Positions 26,501 through 40,700 of a stretch of DNA of 64,000 nucleotides are shown one piece after another. Where the stretch lies: contig NC_052160.1 in assembly GCF_902713615.1 (NCBI RefSeq), positions 9,672,001 through 9,736,000 on the forward strand. Direction: 5' to 3'. The translations under genes and the position numbers were made by a program. The notes beneath the pieces were generated by a model. It had not been told where the DNA came from, did not search any database, and saw nothing but the letters and a program-made list of their open reading frames with translations. Every line of letters starts with the position of its first letter. Position 1 is the first letter of the stretch. Source of the DNA: Scyliorhinus canicula. Lineage: Eukaryota.

Positions 26501-29500
26501 TTGATGTCAAGGGCAGTCGCCCTCACCTCCAGAGTTCAACACTTTTGCCAGTGTTTGAACCAAGGTTGAAATGAAGTCAGGAGCCAAGTTGCCTTGGCAG
26601 AACCCAAACAGAGTGTCAGCGAGCAGGTTATTGCTAAGCCAGTGCCACTTGTCATGCGAGTGTCCCTTAAAAGAAAGGTTTTGTTTTACCACATGGCCTG
26701 TAGCACGGCGTCAGTGATATCATTTTGTGGTTGGAGCTGGGCGGTGGCTGTCAGGTGAGAGAGGGTTTAGTGTTTTGGTTTCAGTTTGTTGCTTTGGACT
26801 GCAGAAGAAAAAACAGTGTTTCCCTGTTTTTATTTTAAAGCTGTTCCAGTGAACTGAAAGCACATCGGCTGTGGCAAACTGTCTTGGTAACTTTAAAGAT
26901 AAGAGTTGTTTTCCGGAAGGAGTTTTGAATCTGCTGGCTGGAGACTTGGACCAGAATCTCAGGGAAAGGACCAGTCCCATTCAAGTGAATTACAGTGTGC
27001 TGCGCCACTCCCTTGAAAGGGGTTTTGGGTTTATTGGATTTTGTATTGAATTGGAGCAGCTACTAAGGGGGATTTATTCAGAGTTATATACATAAATTAC
27101 TGTAGCTGTTGTGTGTTTTTTCATGTTTGTAATTGATAACAAATTCTTGATAAACACTTTATATATGTTACCTACATTCTTATAATAAACTTTGTTTTGA
27201 TAAAAGCACCGAGGAAGTCTGATGAATCACACATGAAGCAAAGGCTCTTGTGCTCATCCTAGCCAAACTCAACATAGAAAGTTATAGGTCAGGTGAACTT
27301 CCTAAAACACTGGAGTTTGAGCCCTGGCCCACAACACATTTGGATTGCACTGTTGATGACCCCTTCCACCACTTCACTGATGATCGAGAGTATACTGGTG
27401 GCACAGCAATTGGCTGGGTTGGATTCGTCCTATGTGTGTACAGGACATACGTGGGAAATTTTCCACATTGCCAATGCTGTGGCTGTACTGAACAACTTGG
27501 CAGCATTACTACTCTTTGGGAGCCATGCATGGGCAATACAAGTCGAATTTTCAAAAGGGAAGCACAAATAATAAATTTTATCTCAGGTGTGTAAATGTGC
27601 AGAACAACTACATTTTTTTCACTGAGAAAATCAAATGACAAATGGATATTAATAGAATTTTATAGTCACAGCTAGTGTTCCATCTCAAAGTTTTAAACTT
27701 TCAGAAAAAAAAACAGATCCAACTCCAATGTTCCCCAAATCTACTGCCACAAACATATTTGGTGTCAGCATGTTTGCACAAGGGTACTCCTACATAGGGC
27801 ACATCAATAAAAACCTAAAATGGCTAGCCACCTAGGCTTTTTTAGGAAGTAAAGGAACCTGTGACCCACCTTCCATTTGTATCCCACAACTGGACCCGTA
27901 ACCAACCTCTTCACCGTGGATGGCTCAGGGAAAGAATCCTGTAACGGAAGAAAGAAAATACTAAAGTCACATCTCATAAAGAAGCTATATATTACCTCCT
28001 GGGCATAGCATTACCATGCATTCGTCAGTATATTTAACTTAGCAGACAGTTTAATTTCTCTATTAGAAGCCCTAATCACTGTATCAGTCATGGGAATTGT
28101 ATGAACCCAGTTCCCTGCAGGAAGGAGAAAAATACATTGTTCTAGGGCTGTCTGGCCACATACTGGCAACTAGCATATGCTTATTCACAAATGTACTGGA
28201 GGCATAGGGAGAAAATTAAATGTTTGCCCCATAAAAATAAAAAGGATGCTGCTGTGTTTGAATTATTTCTACCCGAGACCAACCTTTTCCTCCTTTGGTG
28301 GCCGCCCCCTTTTCCTTGCACTGTGCTCTGAAATTTCTGCTGAGGAGGAATTTTGTCTTTTACCGTCAGATGAAATGTGCCTGTTTTTATCTTCTGATGA
28401 AGTGAATGCAGACACCTGAAAAGAAATTAGTCAAAGGTTAAAGACATGGATATGGTTTTCCCCGATATCCAACTTAACTGTTCCTTTGCATGAGGTAGTG
28501 AAGCAATTGTTCAATGTTATTTCAAGGGAATAATTTACGACTAAATCCATATGCCCTGCCTACTCAACCTTGCCTCTCGCCTGACGTGCGGTGACCCTCA
28601 GGTTAAACCAGTCAGCTCTCAAAGGGAAGAGCAGCCTCCGATCCTCTGGGACTGTGTAGACATTTACATTGTTTAAAAAACTTATCTTCAAGATATCTCA
28701 ATGAGCAGGATTTTAAAAAATTAATCATGAACCTCAACGCAAATGACTTCAGTAGCGTTCTATCGCACAAATGTTTGTTGTGTTTACAGCATTTGTAACT
28801 ATATTCAAATGCTCAGTGCAGTGTCTTCATAGATTTCATTCATTGATCCTTTCTGCAAAATTGCAAATCACATTCTTCACAGCCATTTGACAGAGCTTTC
28901 TGAGATTTTCTTGAATACAGTAAGCAGTTGAGCTGAATTTCGAAGATGACATCTATGACCTTTGATGCACCCTCAGCAGGCAGCTTGGAAGTAGAATTTT
29001 ATTACAAACAACATGCCCCCAGAGTTGTGCTGCAACCCTAAAATTCCCCACAGGTTGCACACCAGTTGAACCCTTTCTAAGTTACTGTGCAAAAGAAAAT
29101 TAAGTTTTAAAAAAAGGAGCCTTGCAAGCAAAAAAAATGGTTATGTTGATGTCAAGGAAAGTAAAAGATATCAAATACAAACTGCATGTTTTTGCTGATT
29201 AGTCAATTAATGTGTCCAGGACATAGTTTACATTCTAGAGATCATCACTAAAAGCATGATTTATCATTTACAGCTGAAGTTGTACCATGAATGGAACATT
29301 TAAATACGACAAGAACAACCTGATATTCCCAATTTCAAATTAGTAAACTAATTACAGTGATTCAATTCTGCTCATTCCTTGGGCAACATAGACAAGTCAC
29401 ATTCTGGTCCATTAGGGGTGCATTGGTCGACAGACAGGCATATTCCGTGGTGCTGGGCACAAGGGAAATGTTTGGCACGTGCCTCAAATTTTAACAATAA

Positions 29501-32500
29501 ATGTTGATACGAAGAAAAGAGAATAATAACAAGCATGCAGAAAAACCTCCACTTTAAGAAACCAACTGAGTGATGAAGCACAGCAGTTAAAACTATTGGC
29601 AATTAAAAAATTTTTAAAGGTTGAAATTAAACAAATGATTCTGCCCCATTTCCCCCCACACTGCCGAGCAGCAACCCCCCACCCCCAAAACATTTTTTTT
29701 TTTGAGTTTACACATAGGTGACAAGATCCAAGCAGTATGACAGACACTTAGATTTTAAAAAAAATAGAATTGCATTTAAAAATAACTTGCAATTATGTGG
29801 CACTTGAAAGACCAAAGACTTGGTCAGAGGCACACATTAAGCAGCATCTTAAATGAGAAAAATAAAGTAGAAAAGCAGAGAATATCAGAACTAGAGCCAG
29901 GCAGCTGAAGGCAAGGCCACCAATGGTGGATCAATTAAAATCAACAATGTGCAAGGGGCCAGAATTCTTGTACATTGGAGTAAATAGGCAGCTGAACTGA
30001 ATACCAACAGATAAAAACGCTTTGGATATTCAACATTACAGAAGATTTGTCTAAAAGATCTGCAAAAAAACAGATGTGACCTGACACAAAGAAGTCAGCA
30101 GAGTATCAGACAGCAATCTTGCAGCCCATGGTCCCATCGGTGTTCTTTTGACAGAAAGACAATGCTGATCACGTACAGCTGTGAAACAGAGCTCCTAATT
30201 TCTAATACCCATGAGACAGAGTTGGAAAAACAGTTTCCTGTCTCATGTACTTTAAAAAAAAAAGTTGAATTTTATGAGCCAACAGGAAGGGAAATGGGAA
30301 GCCAGTGAACCGAGCAACAGTGGGAACAGATAAGAGGCAACGTCAAAGGGAAAGAGACACTGCTGTGCAAGGTGTGGGTGCAAGAATCGATGAAGCAGAA
30401 GCAAATTGGAGACAGGAATAGTTGAGGTGTATATTTTCCCCTGCAGCCCCAATGCTAAACGAAGCCTTTGGTGCTTTACCAAACTATATATCCACCATCT
30501 TAAAGAAAAAATGTAGGTACAAGGAAAAAGAGGAACTAAGGGAGAGAAATGGCAGGAGAGGAAAGAGACAAAAGGTGAGAAACAGCAACATTGACATAAA
30601 AGATGGGCAAGAGAATATTATTCCCTGATTTATCGTGTAAATTATGTATCTGGGCATTGTTCCTTTCAAATTTTCACATTATAAATTCTCACATCCTCAT
30701 TTGGAAGGGAAATTGTCCATTTAAACCGGTCATTCTGTAATAACACGCTCCATTTAGTGTCAGCACCACATCACTATCATTGGCAGAAGGATGTAATTAT
30801 TGTGACAAACTTACACACACACATATAGACATAGGAATTTATAATGGGTATAGTTGGGATCGAGTACACGAACATCTGTGCATCCAGACATGATCCCCCT
30901 GCCCTCCGCATTTCATCTGAAGGCTACACCTTGATTATTTCACATTCAGTGCCACAAAAAAAAAGGGACGAGTTTGAATGTGAAAAATCTGGATCAGTGC
31001 AGATTTCCCATCAACTTTCCAATATCAATATCTGAGTCCACATTTTTAAACTGGGAACTGCTTGTCATGTGAAATTACATGTCACCTTCAATTGCACTGT
31101 CTCTAACAACCTTCAGGACTGATAGCCTGTCATTATACAGACCCTATCCAGAGTTCTTTTGCTCATCAATTATTCAAGATCTGCACTGGTAAAGCATTAA
31201 AACATTGATATGTGACACAATTGCCATGATTTTTCCAGGTACCAAATATAATCCTTCTTCAAAGATTAAAGCTCACATGTTCCAAGCTCAAACATTCCAA
31301 ACACATATCACACAATAACCATCCCTCACATTAATAGTCCAACAAACTGGGTAACAGTAAATCTGCAAAACAATTTTGACTTCATTACCCATTTAAAGAG
31401 AAGCCTTGATACTACAGTATGGTACTGTAGGACTACGATTTATATTCCATTTGCAATACTAGCCATACAACAACAACTTACATTTATATAGCACCATATA
31501 CAAAACATCCCAAGGTGCTTCACAGAAGCTGGGACCAGTATCCTCGCTGGGGCTTTTGCCAGTTCTGTTGGGGAGGTTTGGCACAGGGATTGGAACCCAA
31601 GGGAAGGCTTGGATAGGTCATATTCCAATCAGGAACGAGGAGGTAGAACATTAATTACATGTAGTCAGTGACTCGGAAAGACAAAAGAAACCAGGATTAA
31701 AAAGCCTCCAGCAAAGGAAACTGATGGGGTTGAGCAGTTTATACTTCAATGCAAGGAGAATTACAAACCAGGTAGATAAAATGAAAAAATGAAAATCGCT
31801 TATTGTCACGGGTAGGTTTCAATGAAGTTACTGTGAAAAGCCCCTAGTCGCCACATTCCGGCACCTGTTCGGGGAGGCTGGTACGGGAATCGAACCGTGC
31901 TGCTGGCCTGCTTTAAAAGCCAGCGATTTAGCCCAGTGAGCTAAACCAGCCCCTCGATCTTGTATGCCTCAATTAAGTCACCTCTTAACCTTCTTCTCTC
32001 TAATGAAAACAGCCTCACGTCCCTCAGCCTTTCCTCGTAAGATCTTCCCTCCATACCAGGCAATATCCTTCCCTCCATACCAGGCAACATCCTTGTAAAT
32101 CTCCTCTGTACCCTTTCCAATGCTTCCACATCCTCCTATAATGCGGCGACCAGAACTGCATGCAATACTCCAAATGCGGCCGCACCAGAGTTTTGTACAA
32201 TTGTAACATGACCTCAGGGCTCCGAAACTCAATCCCTCTACCAATAAAAGCTAACACACCGTACGCCTTCTTAACAACCCTCTCAACCTGAGTGGCAACT
32301 TTCAGGGATCTATGGACATGGACACCGAGATCTCTCTGCTCATCCACACTACCAAGAATCTTACCATTAGCCCAGTACTGTCTTCCTGTTATTCCTTCCA
32401 AAATGAATCACCTCACACTTTTCTGCATTAAACTCCATTTGCCACCTGTCAGCCCAGCTCTGCAGCTTATCTATGTCCCTCTGTAACTTCTAACATCCTT

Positions 32501-35500
32501 CTGCAGTGTCCACAACTCCACCGACTTTAGTGTCATCTGCAAATTTACTCACCCATCCTTCTACGCCTTCCTCCACGTCATTTATAAAAATGACAAACAG
32601 CAGCAGCCCCAAAACAGATCCTTGTGGTACACCACTAGTAACTGGACTCCAGTCTGAACATTTCCCATCAACCACCACCCTTTGTCTTCTTCCAGCTAGC
32701 CAATTTCTGATCCAAACTGCTAAATCACCCTGAATCCCATGCCTCCGTATTTTCTGCAATAGCCTACCGTGGGGAACCTTATCAAACGCTTTACTGAAAT
32801 CCATATACACATCAACTGCTTTACCTTCATCCACCTGTTTGGTCACCTTCTCGAAGAACGCAATAAGGTTTGTGAGGCACGACCTACCCTTCACAAAACC
32901 ATGTTGACTATCTCTAATCAAATTATTCCTTTCCAGATGATTATACATCCTATCTCTTATAAACCTTTCCAAGACTTTGCCCACAACAGAAGTAAGGCTC
33001 ACTGGTCTATAGTTACCGGGGTTATCTCTACTCCCCTTCTTGAACAAGGGGACAACACTTGCTATCTGCCAGTCTTCTGGCACTATTCCTTTGGTAAAAG
33101 AAACAATTGCAGTTGTGAGAAGGGATGATATACTAAATTAGTTAAGAAATTAGACTTTGTGGGTTAAGCTTAGGAATGGCGGTACGGTGGTGCTGTGGTT
33201 AGCACTGCTGGCTCATGACGTTGAGGACCCAAGTTCAATCCCGGCACGGGGTCACTGTCCGTGTGGGGTTTGCACATTATCCCCATGTCGGCATGGGTCT
33301 CACCCCCGCAACCCAAAAATGTGCAGGGTCAGTGGAGTGGCCATGCTAAATTGCCCCTTAATTGGAAAAAAAATAATTGGGTACTTTAAATTCATTAAAA
33401 AAGGAAAAAAAAAAGAGGCAGTCACAACACTAGGAATATGATACAGACTCCCAAATGGAGAGGGAGATAGATAAAAGATATATGTAGACAAATGTCTGCC
33501 TGTAGGAATAAGAGGGCAATAATAGGAGACTTTATCTCAATATCAATATCAACTGAGTTTCAAACAATACAAGGGAGATGGAGGGTGAAAAATACATGTC
33601 CTGTATTATACACAATTCCGTTAAGACTTGGTATTATTATGGAAAAAGGAGAGATAAATCAGGAGTAAAAGTTTTAAACTGGGAGTAGGCAAATTTTACA
33701 TAAGTGATTTGACGGAGGTGGACTGGACAAATGGCAAAATAGTGAGAGGCGCACTAATAAGCGAGATTCTCAGGGTACAAAGCAGACATGTCCCCTCCAA
33801 AAATAAGAATTGTACAGCAAAATCTAGATTCCCATGGTTGGCTAGAAAATACAGGGGAAGATTCAGCAGAAAAGAAAGCTTGTGCTGGTCACAAAAAATT
33901 TAAAACTGCAGATAGCCGAAGGGAGTATAGAAAGTACAAGGATCAAGTTTATTAAAAAAAGAAAATCAAAGAGACAACATGAAAAAATATTACCAATATT
34001 AAGGAAACCCCAAAGTTGTTTTACCAGTATATAAAAAGCAAAAGAATAGTTAAAGAAAAAGTGGGACCTATCAGAGATGAAAGAGGAAACTTGTGTGAAG
34101 ATGCAGAGGAGAATATGGGAACAGTTTTTAAAATAATGTTTTGTCTCCATATTCACAAAGGCAAGGAATGTTGCGGATAATAGTAATCCAAGAGGAGCAG
34201 TGTGAAATATTAGATAAAATAAGCATAATGAGAGAGGAAGTGTTAGAGGTGTTGGAATCCTTGAAATTGGATAAGTTGCCAGGGCCGGATGGATTGTTTC
34301 CTTGGATGTTGAAGGAGCTCACGGAGGAAATAGCAGATGTCGGAGGATTATTTTTCAATTTTCACTAGACACCAGACAGTTGCCAGAGGACTGGGGGAAT
34401 GCAAATGTGGCTCCATTTTTTATAAGGGGTCCGAAGGAAATGCTGAACAATTATAGGCCAGTTAAGCCTTATTTCGGTGGTGGGCAAATTGTTAGAATCA
34501 ATCCTGAGTGATCGGATAAACTGTCACTTAGAAAGGCCCGGACTAGTGAGGGATAGTCAGCATAGTTTTGCTAGGGGAAGGTTATGCCATAAAAATTTTA
34601 TTGAATTCTTCGAGGAAGTGCCAAGGAGGATCAATAAGGGTAGTGCAGAGGAAGTTGCCTATATGTATTTTAAGGCATTTAACAAGGAGCCACATGGCAG
34701 ACTAGTCAAAAACGTAAAAGCCCATGGGACACAGGGTAATGTGGCAAATTGGATCGAAAGCTGAAACCAAAGAGAAAATGCTGGAAAATCTCAGCAAGTC
34801 TGGCATCATCTGTAGGGAGAGAAAAGAGCCAACGTTTACAGTCTAGATGGCCCTTCGTCAAAGTAATGATAGAGAAAGTGGGAAATATTGGCTGGCTTAG
34901 TAACCTGAAAATAATGGTCGATGGCTGCCCTTGCGAATGGAAAGCTCTTTCAAGTGGTGTCCCGCAGGTCTCTGTGTTGGGACATGAATGTGGGGTGGAC
35001 AATTTGGAAATTTGCAGGTGATGCAAAAATTGGCATTGTAGTGGATAGCATAGAGCAGGGTTTTTCAAAGTGCGGGTCACAACCCATGGGTGGATTTCAG
35101 AAGGGTCGCAGAGTGCAGGGTTGCAAAAAAATAACATGAATGGCAAGGACCAGAATGAAAGAGGGCAGACCAAGATCATAGAATGTGATTTGAAGTTTAG
35201 GTAAGAAATGGGAGAATAGATCAGGAGTGTGGCTGATGCAGTGGCTGATTGTGCAGGAGAGCTGAAGGCCGGGAATGCGGGCGACAGAGGGAAGATGTAC
35301 CTTATGGTACTCCTCAGCAAAGTCACATTGCTAATAATCCCGATTACAGAAATGGTACAGAAGAGCTTGGCAGTAATATATTTGACAGTGCGACTATTGC
35401 TGGCCGGAAAGGAGGCGAGAGAATTGCTACTATTGTCAGCGGTTGGGTTAAAGATGCTAGTGTTTGGGTTATAATCTTCCGTTACATCAGGACGGCCAAT

Positions 35501-37743
35501 GCCCCATTGAGACAATCCATCCTGCTTGGACCAGAATAAATCCAGTTCAGAGGAAGGTGAATTAACCTCACCTCATTAAGGTGGCAACTATCCTTCGGTG
35601 GTCACCTGTGATATCCCAAAGCCAAGACAACGAGGTCCAACAGAGACATGCACCAGCTACATTCTTTGAAAAACCCTACTCAGAGCCATGGTATCAGCAT
35701 GGATGCACTTTCTTCAAATCGCTCTTTTGTATGACTTGTGTGGCGTGGTTGGATGTTTTTCTGATCCACTAATTTATTACACAAGATAATGGAACAACAA
35801 CTGCATGCAACACTGTCACAATCATCTCCGTGGAGTAGAATCTGAATATCCTGCATCCTGAGAGCATTCATAGTGTTTACATGTATTTTATCATTTTTTG
35901 AACTGGAATGTTTTATTATGTGAAGTCTCCTTTTTCAGTGCAAGCTCCTGGTTGCCCTTTCTATCCTGTTAAGTTAGTCAGTGCCCAGCTCGGGTGCAAG
36001 AAATGCATTGTCATGCCAATTTAGAGGAAGGTGAATTAACCTCTGGGGCAGCAGGGTAGCATGGTGGTTAGCATAAATGCTTCACAGCTCCAGGGTCCTA
36101 GGTTCGATTCCCGGCTGGGTCACTGTCTGTGTGGAGTCTGCACGTCCTCCCCCTGTGTGCGTGGGTTTCCTCCGGGTGCTCCGGTTTCCTCCCACAGTCC
36201 AAAGATGTGCGGGTTAGGTGGATTGGCCATGCTAAATTGCCCGTAGTGTCCTAATAAAAGTAAGGTTAAGGGGGGGGGGGGGTTGTTGGGTTACGGGTAT
36301 AGGGTGGATACGTGGGTTTGAGTAGGGTGATCATGGCTCGGCACAACATTGAGGGCCGAAGGGCCTGTTCTGTGCTGTACTGTTCTATGTTCTAATTTAC
36401 TGTTTCTATAAAACCAAGATAAACTCCCAATGACTTCTGACTATGAAATTGGGAGCTTGAGCTTTATGATTGTCAACATTTTACTGGTGGTTGGGGAGGG
36501 GTGGTGTCTTCACAGGGAGAAAAATTGTTTATGCAGAGTCCAATTTATCATTGTAAAAATTTCTTGAGTGAAATATAATCTTGTGTCTTTGTAAGTGAGC
36601 ATGGTGTGGGTCCCGAAAGTTGGCCAGTTAGTAAAAGTGGGCCCGGGGGGAAAAAATGTTTGAAAAACACTGATGTAGAGAATAGCCGTAATCTCCAAAA
36701 TGTTCCGGATAGGTTGGAGGAGTGGGAAGGAGAGCAGCAGATGGAGTTCAATTCAAATAAGTGTGAGGCAATGCAGTTAGGGAGGTCAAACAGGGAACAC
36801 ACAGATGGGGGCGTCTGTCTGGGCGCCAATCTGCGACAACCATCGGTTTGCCCCCGGCAGTATGGATGGGGGGTTCCGAGTATGGCGGCGAGCAGGGGCG
36901 GGAAGGGTGGGTGATATGTTCCTGGAAGGGAGCTTCGCGAGTTTGAGGAGCTTGGAGGAGAAATTTGGGTTGGTAGGGGGAAATGATTTTAGATACCTAC
37001 AGCTGCGGGACTTTGTTCGTAGACAGGTCCCATCTTTCCCGCGCCTCCCGCCAATGGGGATCCTAGACAGAATAGTCTCTGGGAGGGACGAAGGGGAGGG
37101 TAGAGTCTCGGGTATTTATAAGGTGCTCATGAGGGAGGAAGGGTCCCAGACAGAGGAACTGAAACTTAAATGGGAGGAGGAGCTAGGCGGGGAAATGGAG
37201 GATGGGCTGTGGGCAGAGGCCCTGAGTAGGGTAAACTCGACCGCGACATGTGCAAGGCTCGGGCTGATCCAATTTAAGGTCGTTCACCGGGCCCATATGA
37301 CGGTGGCTCGGATGAGCAAATTTTTCGGGATAGAGGACAAATGCGCTAGGTGCGCGGGAGGACCAGCGAACCATGTGCACATGTTTTGGGCATGCCCTGA
37401 GCTGAGGGGGTACTGGGAGGGATTTGCGGGGGTCATGTCCCAGGTGCTAAAAACAAGGGTGGTGATGAGTCCAGGGGTGGCAATTTTTGGGGTTTCGGAA
37501 GACCCGGGCGTCCAGGGGGAGAAAGCGGCCGATGTGCTGGCCTTTGCTTCCCTGATAGCCCGGCGACGAATATTATTGGCGTGGAGGGACTCAAAGCCCC
37601 CGAAGACTGAGTGGTGGCTTGCGGACATGTCAAGTTTCCTGGGGATGGAAAAAATTAAGTTCGTCTTGAGGGGATCTGTGCAGGGGTTCACCCGGAGGTG
37701 GCAACCATTTATTGACTTCTTTGCGGGAGAGTGAGCGTCAGCA

Positions 37744-37776
<33 letters not shown>

Positions 37777-40700
37777 AGAGTAGAGTAGGAGGGAAAATAT
37801 GGCGGGTAGTACGGGTGGGAGGGGAGCGGGCTTGTGCAATATGTTACGATGGAAGTATTGAAAGTACGTGGATGTTTGCACATTTTTGCCTTTTTTGCTT
37901 CCTTTCTGATGATGTCTGTAACTGTTTATAAAGCCAAAAACTACCTCAATAAAATTGTTTATTAAAAAAAAACAGGGAACACACAATAAATAGGAATATA
38001 TTGAGGCGGGTAGATGAAGTGAGGTCTTGCCGTGCAAATGGACAAGTCCCTAAAGATAGTACAGGTAGTCACGGTTGTAAAGAAGGCATATGGAATGCTC
38101 TCCTTCACTGGCATAGCTGCAAAATACAAAAGTAGGGATATAATGATGGAACTACATAAGACATTGGTGAAGCCACAACCAGAGTATTGTGTGCAGTTCT
38201 GGTCATCGCATTACAGGAAGGATGCAATTACTCTGGAGAGAGTTCAGAGAAGATTTACTGGACTGTTGCCAGGGCTGGAGAATTGTAGCTACGAGGAGAG
38301 ATTGGGGGTCTTGCCCTAGGAACAGAGAAAGCAGAGGGGTGGCACGATTGAGGTATACAAAATTGAGAGGGGTAGTGGTAAAATAGACAGGAGGAACTTG
38401 TTTCCCTTGGCAGAAAGTTCAAAAACGAGGGGTCACAGATTCAAGCTAAATGGCAGAAGGATTAGACAGGAGGAAAAAAGTTTTTACGCTGAGGGTGGTG
38501 GATGCTTGAAATTCACTGCCCAAGTTGGTGATGGTGGCAGAAACGCTAAACTCTTCGTACCCAGATCTGCTCCTTGGTCGCGGGGAATGAAAACAGTGAC
38601 TACAGTCTTACCAATGCTTAACTGCAAGAAATCACAGTTTATTTTATTAATGGCATTCCTCCTGATAAGTCAATCTCAGTCACTGTCCATGTGGAGTTTG
38701 AACATTCTCCCTGTGTTTGCGTGGTTCTCACCCCCACAACCCAAAGATGCACAGGGTAGGTGGATTGGCCACGCTAAATTGCCCCTTAATTGAAAAAAAA
38801 ACAATTGGGCACTCTAAATTTTGAAAAAATTATTAGTCAATCTCAGATCAGGTCGGCATAATGTTGATGGGTTTAATTTCACAATTTGACATCATACATT
38901 TAATGTATCATTGCATGATCCTGGAATGCAAGTGTGCTTTATATGGAAACCAGTTTAAATATGCATTACAAATCCCTGACTTATAATATTCTCTCAAACT
39001 AATGGTGATTGATCCTCAATACGATGGCACATCTTACCTTAGATTTAATAAATTCCTCAACTGCATCCACCGCCTGTTGGAACCGTTTCCCTTTGGTAGA
39101 TTTGATCATTTCCTCCTTGTGAACGTGATAGGATTTAAGCTGGTCTACCTTGATCCATGCGCTGCAAAACAATGTAGTCAATCTCTACACTGGTCTTGCT
39201 TAAATTGAACTTCCAAGTCTTCCAATAGACAATTTGCATAAAGCCATAAAATAGCTAATGCTTACTGATTTGTGCTACTAAAATTCAAGCAATAATAATA
39301 ATTAATCTTTATTAGTGTCACAAGTAGGCTTACATTAACACTGCAATGAAGTTACTGTGAAAATCCCCCAGTCGCCACACTCCGGCACTTGTTCGCACAC
39401 GGAGGGAGAATTCAGAATGTCCAATTCACCTAACAAACACGTCTTTCGGGACTTGTGGGAGCAAACGGGAGCACCCGGAGGAAACCCACTCAGACACGGG
39501 GAGAACGTGAAGACTCCACACAAACAGTGGCCCAAGTGGGAATCGAACCCGGATCCCTGACGCTGTGAATCAACAGTGCTGACCACTGTGCCGCCCCAAT
39601 ACAGTATGTAGCTAATGTTGTGTACCTTGATTAGAGAGCCCTACCATGTTCATGCCATTTCCAACGATATTCTGTGCCTCATTAATTTTTCTTTGTAAAT
39701 GTGCAATCAACTACTGAAGATGACTTCTGCATTATGCACAAGCAGGAATTTCAGGCATGACAATATACAAAAACCAGCTAATTTAGAGAAATTGGTTTCC
39801 ATCAAAGGGGATCTGAATTAAACAGCTTCCACTGCACTATTTAATTACACAGCTAGTTGAATATTCTGATTATTTCTTCTGTAATTACTCTGTACAGTTA
39901 AGGTGTTTGAATAGTGATATTATTTTCTCACCCTGCCACCCCTTTACCAGATTCTCTTTACTATAAACACATTGGCTATTAATATTGCAGAGTAATTATG
40001 ACACCATGTCTCAGTTCTAAGTGGTTATTACTGTAAATGTTAACATTGGATTAACATTAATGCAATACTGTAGAATTCATCACAGCATGCAAATTGAAAT
40101 CTGACAAAATCAACTGGAAGTTACCTGGATCTGTTCAGTTTTAAGGATTAAAATGTGCAAGTTAGGTAGAGTGGCCAAGCTAAATTGTCCCTTGTCCAAA
40201 AGGTTAGGTGGGGTTACTGGGATAGGGCGGAGGCATGGGCTTATGTAGGGTGACCTTCCAAGGGCCAGTGCAGACTCAATGGGCCGAATGGCCTCCTCCT
40301 ACACTGTAAATTCTATGATTAAAGGAAGCTTGCCTTTCTTAAATAAATTGTTATATTTCTAGTTAAAGTTCTCATATTACTAAGAAGCAATCACATCCTG
40401 AAGAGTTGTCCATCAAGTCTGTGTGTTAGAAAAGAGCCGTCTGTAGTCTTTATACAAGTTCAACCATTTTACAGTTCACTGCCACCAGTCTAGCAGATAC
40501 TAAAATGTTAAGAGTTGATACCGTATCTCAATTGGCATCTAGGACCATGAAGGAAGTTGATCTAGGCCAACACTTTTTATTGATGAATCACTTAAACTTC
40601 AATGCGAGGGCAGCACGGTGGCGCAGTGGGTTAGCCCTGCAACCTCACGGCGCCGAGGTCCCAGGTTCGATCCCGGCTTGGGGTCACTGTCCGTGTGGAG

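Larger units (their letters stand above)
24170..27500 (-). mobile_element. CR1/L2-group LINE 3' part, host of nested L1 and solo LTR
   Basis: [12 protein letters not shown] rejoins ...[22 protein letters not shown] across the L1; FGFCQG upstream; tail shared with the SINE at 15125. Confidence 0.8.
33110..38550 (+). mobile_element. Old CR1 LINE hosting nested V-SINE (33177-33395), Penelope fragment, hAT element and L1
   Basis: Colinear pieces [54 protein letters not shown] and TRGHRFK. Confidence 0.85.

Noticed and set aside
29372-29490. Possible intronic snoRNA or extra GLYR1 exon
   Set aside because: No convincing C/D or H/ACA boxes, splice-site pair or homology could be established by eye.
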